This document shows, one piece after another, positions 1 to 12,051 of a stretch of 64,000 bases of DNA (its first letter is position 1; every line of letters starts with the position of its first letter). This stretch comes from Eledone cirrhosa (Eukaryota). The notes under the pieces are model-generated. The model did no database searches. It saw only the letters and a program-made list of their open reading frames with translations, and was not told where the DNA came from. The translations under genes and the position numbers were made by a program. The DNA is taken from positions 106,516,001 through 106,580,000 of the forward strand of contig OZ024744.1 in NCBI GenBank assembly GCA_964016885.1, given 5' to 3'.

Positions 1-950
1 CACCTCCACCCATGTTTTATGTGATCTACCTCTACCACGTCTTCCCTCTACTGGGATTTCTTGGCACTTATTTACCCAGCTGTCATCCTCCATGAGCATC
101 ACATGTCCATACCATCTCAGCCATCTCTCCTGCACACCATAACTTATCCCTCTTATACCCAGTTTCTTTCTCAACTCGTCTATGCTTGGTCATTCACGCA
201 CATTGACATTGCACATCCAACGGGGCATACTTGCTTCATTTCTCTCTAGCTATCGCATATCCTCTGCAGTTGCTACCCATGTCTCACTACCATGCAGCAT
301 CGTGCTCCTCACACAGGCACAATATAACCGTCCTTTCGTACGCAGGGAGAAACCCTTCTTTGTCAACAAAGGAAGCAGTTCCCTAAACTTCTTCCAACCC
401 GTCCTTATTCTAGATACTATGGCCTCGGAACACGCCCCTCCCATGCTGATCTGATCACCTAGGTACCGGAAGCTATCAACCACTTCTATAGAACCCACCT
501 GCATTAGAAAAATGTGTCTATCAGTGCGACTTCTACTGTCTAATTTCCCTGTACATCTACTGCATACATAGTTCTCCCTACCTGTTAGTTTGCCTGCTAT
601 CCCGCTACATCTCTTGTGTACCCAAGATCTGTATTGTGTACGTTTTATGGAATTTATGCCAGTTCCTTTTCTGCATATCGAACATGGCCATTTCCCTGAC
701 GGAATCAGAGTTTTGTCCTCTTTTCTACTCATCAACACTTTTGTCTTAGCTAGGTTCACTCTCAGTCCTCTTGCTTCCAACTGCTGTTTCCATAGCCGGA
801 ATTTATTCTCTATCTCCTCTACTGATTCTGCTATAAGAACCAGATCGTCAGCATAGAGAAGTTCCCATGGGCAGCCAGTCTTAAACTCCTCTGTTATGGC
901 TTGGAGGACTATAATGAACAAGAGCGGGCTGAGGACTGAACCCCCACCTA
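1..950 (-). mobile_element. RTE-clade LINE, 5'-truncated RT fragment
   Basis: GSVLSPLLF...LLYADD...PHD-like finger...FRYLG...HGSETW; near-identical to the copy at 60461-62035. Confidence 0.93.
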
Positions 951-1180
951 TCACACACATTCCAAAACATTCCTCATAGCTAAACGTGAAACGTTACACA
1001 CATTTCTATGCTTTATATGTTCATTCTGTCATTACAACAGCAGAGGTGCGACAAGCTTTTGATTCCAGAGTCGGGCCAGATCGATTCAGATCGAACCATG
1101 AGCTGATCAATAGCGAAACGTGCATGACCAATCAATAAACGTAACAATGGCTTAACAAATCGTCCTTGTATTTTTATATA

Positions 1181-1235
<55 letters not shown>

Positions 1236-1285
1236 AATGGTCAGCTTTGAAGCTTAAGGCAGAAAGAATTCCTATAATATAAGTA

Positions 1286-1330
<45 letters not shown>

Positions 1331-1332
<2 letters not shown>

Positions 1333-1708
1333 CATCATCATCATCACCGTTTTACGTCCGTTCTTCCACGCTTGCATGGGTTAGACGAGTTGTCCCGTTG
1401 TGGGCAGTGTCCGGTCAGCTGACCTTGTCTTGCTCATACTGGAACTGATTCTGGCATAATTTCTACAGCTGGATGCCCTTCCTAACACCAACCTCATTTA
1501 CAGTGAGTGCTGGGTGCTTTTTTTTTTCTGTGGCGCCTACACGTCCACTTTACAGTGTGGGCTGGGTGCTTTTTTTGCCGTGGCACCTCCACGACCACTT
1601 CGCAGTGGGAGGGTGTGGGGGCATATTGTCTATATGCTTCAGCTTCGGCTTGTACCTGTGGGAAGTCGGGTCTTCTGTATTACTGCGTGATGCCGGAGGT
1701 CAAGGTCA
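1331..1708 (-). mobile_element. RTE 3'-end fragment with (ATG)n tail
   Basis: Same sequence as 23040-23420; shared 3' UTR motif ggtgttaggaagggcatccagc. Confidence 0.85.
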
Positions 1709-1864
1709 TATATATATATATGATAGGAATTCTTTCTGTCTTAAGCTTCAAAGATGACCATTACTCATGTGCAATGATAAAAGAACAGATATACACTTCC
1801 TATTCATCTGTTTATTTATATGAATCCAGTTTATACATAGATACATATACATATATATATATGT

Positions 1865-3737
1865 ACACAAGTGGCATCAAGTTGATGGACCAGCTCAGAA
1901 GGGGTTATCACACAGCTGCTTTGGGACTGAATTAACCTAGATGAGATGCAGTTTGGATTAAGTACTACTGATTCCCTCTTCCTTATGAGACAACTGCAAG
2001 AAAAGTACCTAGCTAAAAGTAAGACCCCTATACTTGGCTTTTGTTGACCTGGAGAAAGCTTTTGACAGAGTCCCCAGTTCCCAAATTTGGTGAGCTCTTA
2101 AAAGACTAGGGGAAGTTGAGTGGTTTATGAAGATGGTACAAGTCATGTATACAGGAGCAGTTAAACAATGACTATAGTGAGGAATTTAGTGTTCAAGTAG
2201 GAGTCCATCAGGGCTCTGCTCTTAACAGCCCTGCTTATTTATTATCACCCTGCAGGCTATAACGGAAGTCAAGTTGCCCATGGGAAAACTTATATGCTGA
2301 TGATCTAACCCTTGTAGCTAAATCTATTAATGAATAAATTCCAAACCTGGAAGCATGGCCTAGAAACAAGAGGTCTTTAAGTCAACTTGACAAAGACTAA
2401 AGTCCTAGTATGTAGAAAGGAAAACAAGGCCCTGCTCCCTTCAGGGAAATGGCCTTGCTCATTGAGCAGGAATGGAGTAGGAAGAAATCCCATTCTATGT
2501 CCCAAATGCAAACTATGGGTACACAAGAAATGTAGTGGGCTCTCAGGCAGGCTAGCAAAGAATGTAGGCTTTATATGTAGCCAATGCTCACAAGCAGTTA
2601 TGTAGAAGTGATTGGTAGTTTCTGTTACCTGGGTGACCAAATTAGAGTGGGGTTGGGTATTCCAAAAGTACAGTAGCCAGAGAGAAAATGGAATGAAGAA
2701 AGTTCAGGGAGCTACCACTACTAGCTACAAAGGGTTTTCTCCTCAAAATGAAAGGCAGAATGTATGATGCATGTTTCTGAACAGCAATGTTATATGGAAG
2801 TGAGACCTGGGCATTGTGTGCAGAGGACCTATGAAGACTGGAAAGTAATGAAGCTTACATGTTCCGATGGATGTGCAATTGTAATGTGCATGAACAGAAA
2901 AGGATCAAAGAACTGAGAGAAAAACTAGGAATATGAGGGATCAGATACAGGGCACAAGAGAGGAGATTGTTGTGATGGTATGGACATGTGATGTGTATGA
3001 AGGATGTGATGGTATGGACATGTGATGTGTATGAAGGATGACAGCTGTATAGAAAGGTGTAGGGTGATCTAAGTTGATGGGAATTATGGATTAGGAAGAC
3101 TTGGGATGAAGTGATAAAATCTGACCTTCCACAATTAAACTTATCAAAGGAGATGACACAGGATTGAGACCTTGGTATCATACTGTACTGTAAAAGACCC
3201 ACCATCCCATGTACACAGAAAACAGATATGTAGAGGGCACTAGTCTGCACAAATTTTCTGCTCTTTACCCTCTCCAATCTTAATACCTCCCACTCCCACA
3301 CCACTTGTTACCCCAGCTAACCCCCTTTGTTCACCCCTAATACATCTCTCCTGCCTAACCACGTGTACAAAAGACACGAAGTCCAGCCTGTATGGTGATC
3401 CAGTATTAAAACCACCCAGTCCACCCAGTAAGGGTGGACTCATGTTGGTGACATGAGAAAAACCACCCAGTCCACTCAGTAAGGTTGTCGTGCTGGTGAC
3501 ATGGTAAAAAAGCACCCAGTCCATCCTGTTGGGTGGTCATTTTGGTGGCATGATATAAAGAACCCAGTTCACCTTGTAATATGGTTGGCATTAGGAAGGG
3601 TATCCAGTTATAGAAATGAAGCCAAAATACAGATCCATATGAGCAAGACCTGGTCTCCTGATCTGACTTGTCTCATAACATGACAACCCATCTAACCCAT
3701 GCTAGCTTATAAAAATAGATGTTAAACGATGATGGTG
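1865..3737 (+). mobile_element. Degenerate RTE LINE (RT + 3' UTR + ATG tail)
   Basis: FVDLEKAFDRVP, YADD and PHD-like segment with many stops and frameshifts; 3' UTR with aaaaccacccag repeats. Confidence 0.9.
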
Positions 3738-3838
3738 ATAATACACACAAGCATATATGCACGTATATTTGTATATACAAAAACACATGTATGTACATGA
3801 ATACACAGACACACGTATATATATATATATATATATGT

Positions 3839-4060
3839 GAAGACACATGGCTGGGTGGTTAGAGAATTAGATTCACAATTTTGAGGTTGTGGGTTCGACT
3901 CCTGGACAGGGCGATGTGTTATGTCCTTGAACAAGACACTTTATTTCACATTGCTCCTTGTACCTGGGGTTGCAACCGATAGAGAGTATTAGCAACTGGG
4001 AAGACCAACGGAAACGTTGTTTCCTCGGTCCGATTTGACGAAAGTCAATCGACCGTCGAT
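3839..4060 (+). mobile_element. tRNA-derived SINE, family A
   Basis: A box tggctgggtggttag, B box ggttcgactcc, central tgtccttgaacaagacacttt. Further copies at 5546-5755 and 10337-10540. Confidence 0.85.
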
Positions 4061-4076
4061 ATATGTATACATATAT

Positions 4077-4402
4077 GGAGGCACATGGCTTAGTGGTTAG
4101 AGCATTGGCCTTGCAATCGAAAGGTTGTGAGTTCAATTCTCAGACGGGGTGATGTATTGTTTCCTTGAGCAAGACACTTTATTTCACATTGCTCCAGTTT
4201 ACTCAGCTGTAGAAATGAGATCATTCCACTGCAAAGCGATCGTGGAGGTGCCACGGCAAAAAAAGCACCCAGCACTCACTGTAAATGAGGTTGGTGTTAG
4301 GAAGGGCATCCAGCTGTAGAAATCAAGCCAGAATCAGTTCTCGTCCCACCCTTGCAAGCAGGGAAAAAGCGGACGTAAAATGAAATGATGATGATGAAAT
4401 GA
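4077..4402 (+). mobile_element. tRNA-derived SINE, family A head with an RTE-derived 3' tail
   Basis: tRNA head and cttgagcaagacacttt domain followed by the RTE 3' UTR motif and (ATG)n. Similar copies at 53745-54020 (+) and 51858-52200 (rearranged). Confidence 0.8.
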
Positions 4403-4915
4403 TATATATATATATAGTGAAAGTTAGTGCCCAACAGCTGAGCTCATGCCATTCCACTGGTGAGTGGATAACTGAATTCATTTTTCTGTTTCAGCTATTT
4501 TCACCACACATACACTGTACTTTCTTAAATATTGAGTACTTAGCTGAATATGGTTTTTTCTAGTCTAACTGGTAACTCCCAATCTCTCTCTCTCTCTCTA
4601 AACAAAAGGCTCCCAGTCCACACTGTAAATGTGGTTGGTGTTAGGAAGGGCATCCAGCTGTAAAAAAAAAACCTGCCAGAGACACTTCTGTGCGAGCAAG
4701 ACATGGTCTCCCGACCATTCCCGCATCAAATGGAACAAAACTGTCTTACCCATGCTAGCGTGGAAGATAGACGTTGAACGATGATGATGATGATATATAT
4801 ATTATTTTAAACACTTATTAACCTTTTATTTCCAGACCTCTTTCTTCTGTGTATTTGTTAGCTTAAGTACAGGGGATATCATTCTGAACACACTTTTTCT
4901 CAACATTTTGATTTG

Positions 4916-4980
<65 letters not shown>

Positions 4981-5218
4981 ATGATATTAAATAAATGGAA
5001 ACTATATTTATAAAACTATATTTATTCTATTATATATATTTCAAGGGTACCAAAACTTTGGTACGCTTCTCCAATTCTCTGACCACTCAGCCACATGCAT
5101 AAGCAAAGAGATATTTAATTTGTTGGTAATTCCACAAATATATTTGTAACAGATTCGAAGCACTCAACAGATTTTCTGGAGTATAATATCAATGATGTTA
5201 ATAAATGGAAACTATATT

Positions 5219-5279
5219 TATTCTATTATATATATTTCAAGGGTACCAAAACTTTGGTACACTTTCATCAAATAAAATA
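5219..5279 (-). ncRNA. Hammerhead motif with a C3>U core change (left arm of fold-back)
   Basis: Reverse complement of 5365-5425 carrying the same core mutation. Confidence 0.7.
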
Positions 5280-5364
5280 CAAAATTATGTTTGGATATCC
5301 AAACATAACCTGAACTGTTAAGGTCTCATTCCTGGGTATGTCACCATTTATAAAACAAATTTTG

Positions 5365-5425
5365 TATTTTATTTGATGAAAGTGTACCAAAGTTTTGGTA
5401 CCCTTGAAATATATATAATAGAATA
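5365..5425 (+). ncRNA. Hammerhead motif with a C3>U core change (right arm of fold-back)
   Basis: TATTTTAT-TTGATGA-AAGTGTACCAAA/TTTGGTACCCTT-GAAA-TATATA-TA^ATAGAATA. Confidence 0.7.
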
Positions 5426-5545
5426 AATATAGATTCCATTTATTAACATCATTGATATTATACTCCAGAAAATCTTTTGAGGGCTTCGAATCTGTTACAA
5501 ATATATTTGTGGAATTACCAACAAATTAAATATCTCTTTGCTTAT

Positions 5546-5755
5546 GCGTGTGGCTGAGTGGTTAGAGAATTGGATTCACAATCTTAAGGTTGTGAGTTTG
5601 ATTACTGAACCGGGCGATGCGTTATGTACTTGAGCAAGACACTTTATTTCATGTTGCTCCTTCTACCTGGAGTTGCAACTGATAGATAGTACTAGCAATT
5701 GGAAAGACCAACGGAAACATTGTTTCCTCGGTCCAATTTGATGAAAGTCGGTCGA
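5546..5755 (+). mobile_element. tRNA-derived SINE, family A
   Basis: Homologous to 3839-4060. Confidence 0.85.
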
Positions 5756-6236
5756 TATATATAAGGAAACAACTGAAATAGAACTAAGAAAACCGAAGCT
5801 GAACAGAAAACATGACTGGAATAACAACAACAACCCTACACAAACACAGAATAGTGACCTAAGATAAATATAAATAAATATACACAAGTACAATAACAAC
5901 AACCACACATAAACACACACAGACTCAGACACAAACACACACCAAAAAGAAAACACACACACAAACGCATACACAAACAGACACAACAGTAAATAAATAA
6001 AATAGAATAAGTAAACATTACAATACAACGGGAGGAAACATAATAATATCACTGGTGATGTCACAAGTGTGTGATGAAAGAAACTATATTTATATCTATA
6101 TTTTTAACTGTTGGTAAATCAATGATAAACATTGATTGCCAGCTAAATTAACTATAGAAATATAAAATATACAGACGCGAAAACCAATCCAAACCAAACC
6201 AAACAGTGAGCATGTTTTATTATTATTTCTGGCAAT

Positions 6237-6430
6237 GGGCGGTGGATTGGCAGTATCGGTAGAGGGTCGGACGCCATGCTTTAACGCATGGAATTATGGC
6301 CCTTGCCATTCTGAGTTCAAATCCTGCCGAGGTTAACTTTGCCTTTCATCCTTACGGGGTCGATAAAATAAAGTACCAGTAATGTACTGGGTAATTGCTG
6401 GCCTTGTGCCAAAAGTAGAAACAATTATTA
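6237..6430 (+). mobile_element. tRNA-derived SINE, family B
   Basis: gggcggtggattggcag...gagttcaaatcc...ctttgcctttcatccttacggggtcgataaaataaagtaccag. Copies at 28830-28940 (-), 29205-29390, 29400-29595, 42205-42310 and 48080-48200. Confidence 0.85.
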
Positions 6431-6574
6431 TTTCTGGCAATATTATAACAATATGACCCTCCCCAAATATAACAAAATTTGTTTCAACACACAATTTCAT
6501 ATCAAAGACCTTGCAAAACAAATTCATTGCCATATATATATATGTATGTATATATATATTATATTGATGTTAAT

Positions 6575-6960
6575 CTACATGTGTGAAAGAGAAACTTGGC
6601 ATGGAATGGTGAATGATGGGGTCCATAGTTTTGAGGACAGACGCATAGAGCACGAGAAGATCAAGCGGGATGTGCGTAAGCAATGCCGTGGTGTATCTCT
6701 CGAAATGATCGGTGTCTCCATTGAATTGAAGTGCCCTGAGTGTGGAAAAATTTGTTTGAGCAAATCTGGTCTCAGGAATCACAGTCGCAGCCATGTTCAA
6801 AGAGAACCAGTGAACTATGATCTCCTCAGTGTAGTGAGGGTTCACGGGCAACCTGATGCAAGACCTGAGGCCAGGGAGATCCATAGTTGTCATCAATGTG
6901 CGAAGTAGTGCAAGTCTCTAGCAGGCTTGAAAAGCCGTATCCGAGCATCACACATCTGAA
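6575..6960 (+). mobile_element. RTE/BovB-type LINE C-terminal fragment with two C2H2 fingers
   Basis: RETWHGMV...FEDRR...CPECGKICLSKSGLRNHSRSH, then a second finger CHQCAK*CKSLAGLKS interrupted by a stop. Confidence 0.7.
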
Positions 6961-7085
6961 TCTGACAAGCAATTGTAGAGTTTGCAGCCATCATATATAT
7001 ATATATTCATTATTATGTTGAAGTTATAAGACCATGAACAATAAAAGGGATAAACCAACTGATCTAATATTTTTGATTTATTTAG

Positions 7086-7180
7086 AAAGGGCAAGCCAAA
7101 AAGGAAAAGAAGAGGAATCGTTGAAAGGTCAACAATTAACATCACCTGTAAAGGTAACTAATGAACAGGAGACTTCCACG
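7086..7180 (+). CDS. Candidate upstream GLE1 exon (low-complexity linker: (E)RASQKGKEEESLKGQQLTSPVKVTNEQETST)
   Basis: Non-repeat island with acceptor tttatttag| at 7085 and donor |gtaaat at 7181, open in one frame. Its phase-0 end fits the alternative acceptor at 30391. No conserved motif, so the assignment is positional only. Confidence 0.35.
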
Positions 7181-7559
7181 GTAAATATACACCTGTCTTA
7201 TTTCTTTTAGTAATGTAACTTTCTTTATCATTTACACAGGTACCTGTTGTTGTTGTTGATGGTGATGGTGGTGGTTGTGAAGGTGTTAGTTATGATGGGT
7301 TGTTATGGTAATGGTGTTAGTTGTTGTTGGATGTGGTGGTGCTGATGTTGGTTGTGAGCTGGTGGTGGTGGTGGTGGTGGTATTGACGTTTGACTCCAGG
7401 AGGTTGTATCTAATCCAACAGATATATCATCAAAATTATTCCTACAATGACCTCCCTCCCCCCGTCTTACTATTAGATACAATGAATCCTAGGTCAACAT
7501 TATCCATATATATATATTACCAAAAATTTAACAAGGTTCATTGATTAATCAATGAGTAA

Positions 7560-10213
7560 AGTTTTACAATAGATTAGAAGCACTCAACAAAGAGGTTTTC
7601 CGATCTTCTGGGAATTTTTATCCTTAATACGATAAATAGAAAATTGCCGGAGATTACCGGTGGTTTAAATAGGGATGATATATTATTTACTGTAGTTAAA
7701 CATACCAATAGTGAACTAAATAGGGTAAAGAAAACAATTATAGAATTCTTTAAAAATTACGACCTCAAATTAGAAGTAGAAAGTAACACTAAAGTAGTTA
7801 ACTTCCTAGATGTCACCCTTAATTTAAATTCAGGACTTTATTACCCCTTCCATAAACCCAATGAAAACCTAAATTATGTTAGCTTTTGTTCCAATCATCC
7901 TAAATGTGTTAAAAATGCAATAGTCAATAGTGTTCAGCAACGTCTAACTAGATTATCTGCTAACAAATCCATTTTTAATAACAAAGCTGGATATTATAAT
8001 GAAGCGTTACATAAGGCCGGATATAAAAATAATATTGAATATGTAGATAACAGTAATTCTAATTATAAACTAAATAATAATAGGGATAATATAAATAAAG
8101 CAGACGGTAAAAATAAATATAAAAATAATATAAATATAAATACTAACTTTGTGAATAAATCTGGGGAAAAAATTAGAACTAAATCTGTTATTTGGTATGC
8201 CCCACCAGCATCTTTAGTTATTAAAACCCCCTTAGCACAATTATTTTTTAAAGCATTAGATAAATGTTTCCCTAGAACACATAAATACCACTCTATCTTC
8301 AATAGACAAACAGTTAAACTATCCTACTCAACCACTATGAATATGGCTCAAAATATTGCAAAAATAAATAGCAGAATTCTTAGTTATAACCAACAGATAA
8401 TTAGCGATAATAACAATATTAATATTAACAATAATATAGTTACAGAGAATAACAATAACATTAATTTAAGCACTTACAGTAGAACACCTACAAATATTAG
8501 CAATGATAATGAGAATAGTTTAGATTATAAAAATAACAGTAAATCAAACTGTAACTGTAGAAAAAGATCTGAATGCCCTTTGCAAAATAACTGCCTTGAT
8601 AAGAACTTAGTATATAAATGTACTGTTAAGGCAAATAATATTACCTATAACTACATAGGTGCAAATTCATCGACCTTTAAACTGAGATTTTCCTATCATA
8701 AACATTCTTTTTCTAATCCGGATAAGAAATGTTTCTACTTCTTTATCACAATTAATATGGTCTTTAAAAGAGAAAAATATAAAATACTCAATATTTTGGT
8801 CCAAACTTCGCAACTGTCAAGTTTACCAAAATAACTCTATCTCTCCTAACTGCAATCTTTGTAATATTGAGACTCTATTAATAATTGCTAATTAAGGTAA
8901 TTTAATTAACAAAAAAAGTGAGTTATTCTCAAATTGCTTGCACAAATCTGCATCGACATTTCTAGCATCATATAAAATTAGGAAAAAACATTGACTGATT
9001 GAGATACGATCTGACTCTTATTAATAATTCTTATAATGCTTTTATTATTACTGTCACTAATATTGTGTATAATGTTTCTACCTAACCTTAAGAATTGTAT
9101 ACCTGCTCTTTTAAAAAGTATGATAATTTTGTGATTGTTTTAAATACCCCTAATTTTGATTTAGTATTTTTTTTAATCCTGTATTTTATAAATTTGATAT
9201 CTGTAATATCTTCAGACTCTTAAACCGTTTAATTACTTTAAATGTTTGAATACGTTGTATGAAGATATTGTTTACATTTATCGTATATAAGTTTTGTTTT
9301 GTCTAAATTGATTAATAATCTGTACTTAACTTGATTTATAGTATTGAATACAGTAAGATTTAGTTAAATCAAAATAATAATACTCTTTAGTGTAATTATA
9401 ACTAATAATTAATCTTATATGTAATTGACAGATATCGATTTAAATCATATAGTTTATAAAAGAACTATACAAATGCTAATATCTAAATAAGTCCGGTTTA
9501 ATAATATCATATTTACTATATTTATAAGCACCATTGTTAGTTAATAATATATTTAATTTTGATTTTTGTAACCAAATTATTGAAATTATGTCAAATTATC
9601 TTTTTCATTTTATATTGTTTTAACTATGATATAATATAATAGTATAACTTCTTTCAAATATTATAGACTAAAAATTTCATGATATTTAATTGATTATTTC
9701 TACCTAACTTAATATTTGAAAAAAATGGTCATACATCATATACCTTTATTCTTCTTTTCCTTGAGTAATTATATTATACAATACATATCTCCCCTCTTTG
9801 TTTTTAGTATCATCTCTCTATATTTTTTTCTTACTCTCCTTTATTTAGCTCTCTTTCTCTCATTTGCTCCTTCTCTAATACAGATTTAATTATTTAAATT
9901 TTTAACAGTTATATAGTTGTAGGTTTATATATTTTATATATACTTATTATATTTTTTATACACGTTCTCATACGTACCCTCTCAGTTATATGTAGTTTGT
10001 CATGTTACAACTTATGGTATATAAATATTGAGTTTTGTCATAACTAATCACTGCCAAGACTGGAATTGAGCCATCAGCACAGTTGAGGTATGTCAGACAT
10101 CAATTTATTTTATCTGATGAGGACGTACTGATAAAATAGCTCAGTACTTCTGAAATATGTATAATAAAATATATTTGATCACATGAATGTCTATATTTAT
10201 TAATATTTCGAAG

Positions 10214-10215
<2 letters not shown>
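7560..10215 (+). mobile_element. Penelope-like element (5'-truncated RT + GIY-YIG endonuclease, AT-rich 3' UTR, HHR-bearing end)
   Basis: RDD, VNFLDVTL, SNHP, VKLSYS, CNC..CPL..C..VYKC..YIG..FKLRF..H..SF. Frameshift near 8730; hammerhead at 10106-10171. Confidence 0.92.
10106..10171 (+). ncRNA. Type-I hammerhead ribozyme at the PLE 3' end
   Basis: TATTTTAT-CTGATGA-GGACGTACTGA(loop)TCAGTACTTCT-GAAA-TATGTA-TA^ATAAAATA. Perfect 8-bp stem I, intact core, predicted cleavage after 10163. Confidence 0.85.
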
Positions 10216-10306
<91 letters not shown>

Positions 10307-10336
10307 TATATATAAATATATATATATATATTGAGT

Positions 10337-10540
10337 GAAGGCGTTTGTCTGGGTGGTTAAAGAATTAGATTCGCAATCTTGAGGTTGTGGGTTCAATTCC
10401 TGGACCGGGCGATGCGTTATGTCCTTGAACAAGACACTTTATTTCACGTTGCTCCTTCTACCTGGAGTTGTGACCAATAGATAGTATTAGCAATTGGAAA
10501 GACCAACGGAAACATTGTTTCCTCGGTCCAATTTGACAAT
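10337..10540 (+). mobile_element. tRNA-derived SINE, family A
   Basis: Homologous to 3839-4060. Confidence 0.85.
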
Positions 10541-10798
10541 ATATACATATATGAATATGTTAACAAAGCTATCAGAATATAACCCATATAACCATATAAC
10601 CACAGCCAGTCCATTAGTCACTCGGTGAGATACAAGATTTGAATGTCAGAAAATTCAAAACAATATCACAGTTGACACTATATACTTTAATTGGAATGGA
10701 GATGGTTGCACATGGATAATGATAATTACATATCAAAACACAAGCACATGTGGAACAATGGGTGTAAAATATATCATCATCATCATCATCACCACCAC

Positions 10799-10855
<57 letters not shown>

Positions 10856-10859
10856 ATAT

Positions 10860-11160
10860 AAGCATAGATGAGTTGAGAGAGAAATTATGTATAAGAGGGA
10901 TAAGTTGTAGTGCGCAGGAGAGAAGACTGCAATGGAGGATGACCGCTGGGTAAAGAAGTGCCAAGAAATGCCAGTTGAAGGAAGACGCAGTAGAGGAAGA
11001 CCACGGAAAATATGGGCGGAGGTGGTGAGAGCTGGCTTCAGATCGCTGAAGCTCACGGAGAAGATGACAAAGGACCGCGACAAGTGGAGAGATGCTGTGC
11101 TGAATAAGACCCGTCCCACCCTTGCAAGCAGGGAAAGTGGACGTAAAATGGTGGTGATGG
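10860..11160 (+). mobile_element. RTE 3'-end fragment
   Basis: MEDDRWVKKCQ...GRPRKIW...DRDKWR, same family as 60478-61380. Confidence 0.88.
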
Positions 11161-11565
11161 AAGGTGGTATTGGGTTAAAGGATGACAAATAAAACAAAAC
11201 AAAATGTTTTTCCCAAATTATTTCATGATATTTCAAGGTTAGGATTTTGTTTTCAAATCCAAATCCCAAACAATGCATTCTTCTTTAAAGCTACAGCAGA
11301 ATGCATTGTTTTTGGTTTGTATTTGAAAACAAAGTCCTAACCTTGAAATATTGATGAAATATCTCGGTCCTTCTCACTCCTGTAGGATGAGCCCTTCCCT
11401 GGTTGACTTCCACCACTTTCTATTTGGTTTTGTCATGTCAGGGGTGTACTCACCACACTAACCCTATTTCTCTATTTTCAGGAATCAGCAACAAAACCAC
11501 AAGATCCGGAAGATAGTGAAAAAGCCAAAGGTCAGATATACTACAAAACATACCAAAACTCCTTT
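11161..11565 (+). mobile_element. ~400-bp MITE-like element with an internal ~140-bp hairpin
   Basis: TIR-like ends AAGGTGGTATTGG / CCAAAACTCCTT; second copy inverted at 59973-60366. Confidence 0.75.
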
Positions 11566-12051
11566 TCTCTTTCTCTCACCTCCCCCTCTTTTCCTCTCTC
11601 TCTCCCTTCTTTCTCCCCTCTCTCTCTCTCCCCAGCCACCTCTCTCCCCTCTTTCTCCCTTTCCTTCTCTCTCTCTCTCCCTGGCCACCTCTCTCTCTAC
11701 CCCCTACACAACCACTTTACAGTGTGGACTGGGTGCTTTTTATAGTGATACCAACATAACTTTACAGTGTAAGAGTGGTGTGGACAGAAGTGGATCAGTG
11801 GGTGTTAGGGCATAAGAGGTATATGGAAGGGGTTATAGTGGTTAAGAGGTGCCTACTAAATGTATGTTTGAGTCCATGTGCACCTTGGTTAGATTTCTGG
11901 TCCCAGTTATTTTCTTCATAACACTCCATGCAAACTTAGCTTTTCAATTTAAGTGGGCAGTAGTTCTACATTCTCCCTAATGTAGCTTTCTTGTTCTTTG
12001 ATATAAACATCATCCAGATTCCTTTTAATTTCAACTACAAGTTCTTTCTTT

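Larger units (their letters stand above)
4980..5574. mobile_element. Non-autonomous PLE-end fold-back (arms ~5069-5285 and ~5358-5574, plus a partial third copy at 4980-5066)
   Basis: About 215-bp inverted arms, each with an HHR motif; homologous to 57140-57365. Confidence 0.8.

Noticed and set aside
1090-1135. HHR-like relic (..ATGA-GCT..AGC-GAAAC-GTGCATG)
   Set aside because: The CTGA core and UH site are both altered; too degenerate to call.
3839-3910. tRNA genes at SINE heads
   Set aside because: The A/B boxes continue into SINE body sequence in multiple diverged copies, and there is no clean acceptor stem.
4418-4459. Possible small exon ending in a strong donor (ctg|gtgagt), phase-compatible with 7086
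   Set aside because: No polypyrimidine acceptor (it is preceded by a SINE tail and TA run) and no recognisable homology.
5663-6064. Hydrophobic membrane-protein-like ORFs and other short (YI)n/(LS)n ORFs
   Set aside because: Translations of CA/TA/CT microsatellite-rich sequence or antisense frames of retroelements.
6045-6092. HHR-like CTGGTGA..GAAA
   Set aside because: Core mutation and misregistered stem I; could be chance in AT-rich DNA.
6453-6908. Host C2H2 zinc-finger gene
   Set aside because: The context matches the C-terminus of BovB-like RTE ORF2, the second finger has a stop, and there is no exon structure.
11161-11565. Both MITE copies lie just 3' of RTE tails, suggesting co-mobilisation
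   Set aside because: The copy at 60 kb is separated from its RTE by another fragment, and RTE tails are so dense here that adjacency is expected by chance.
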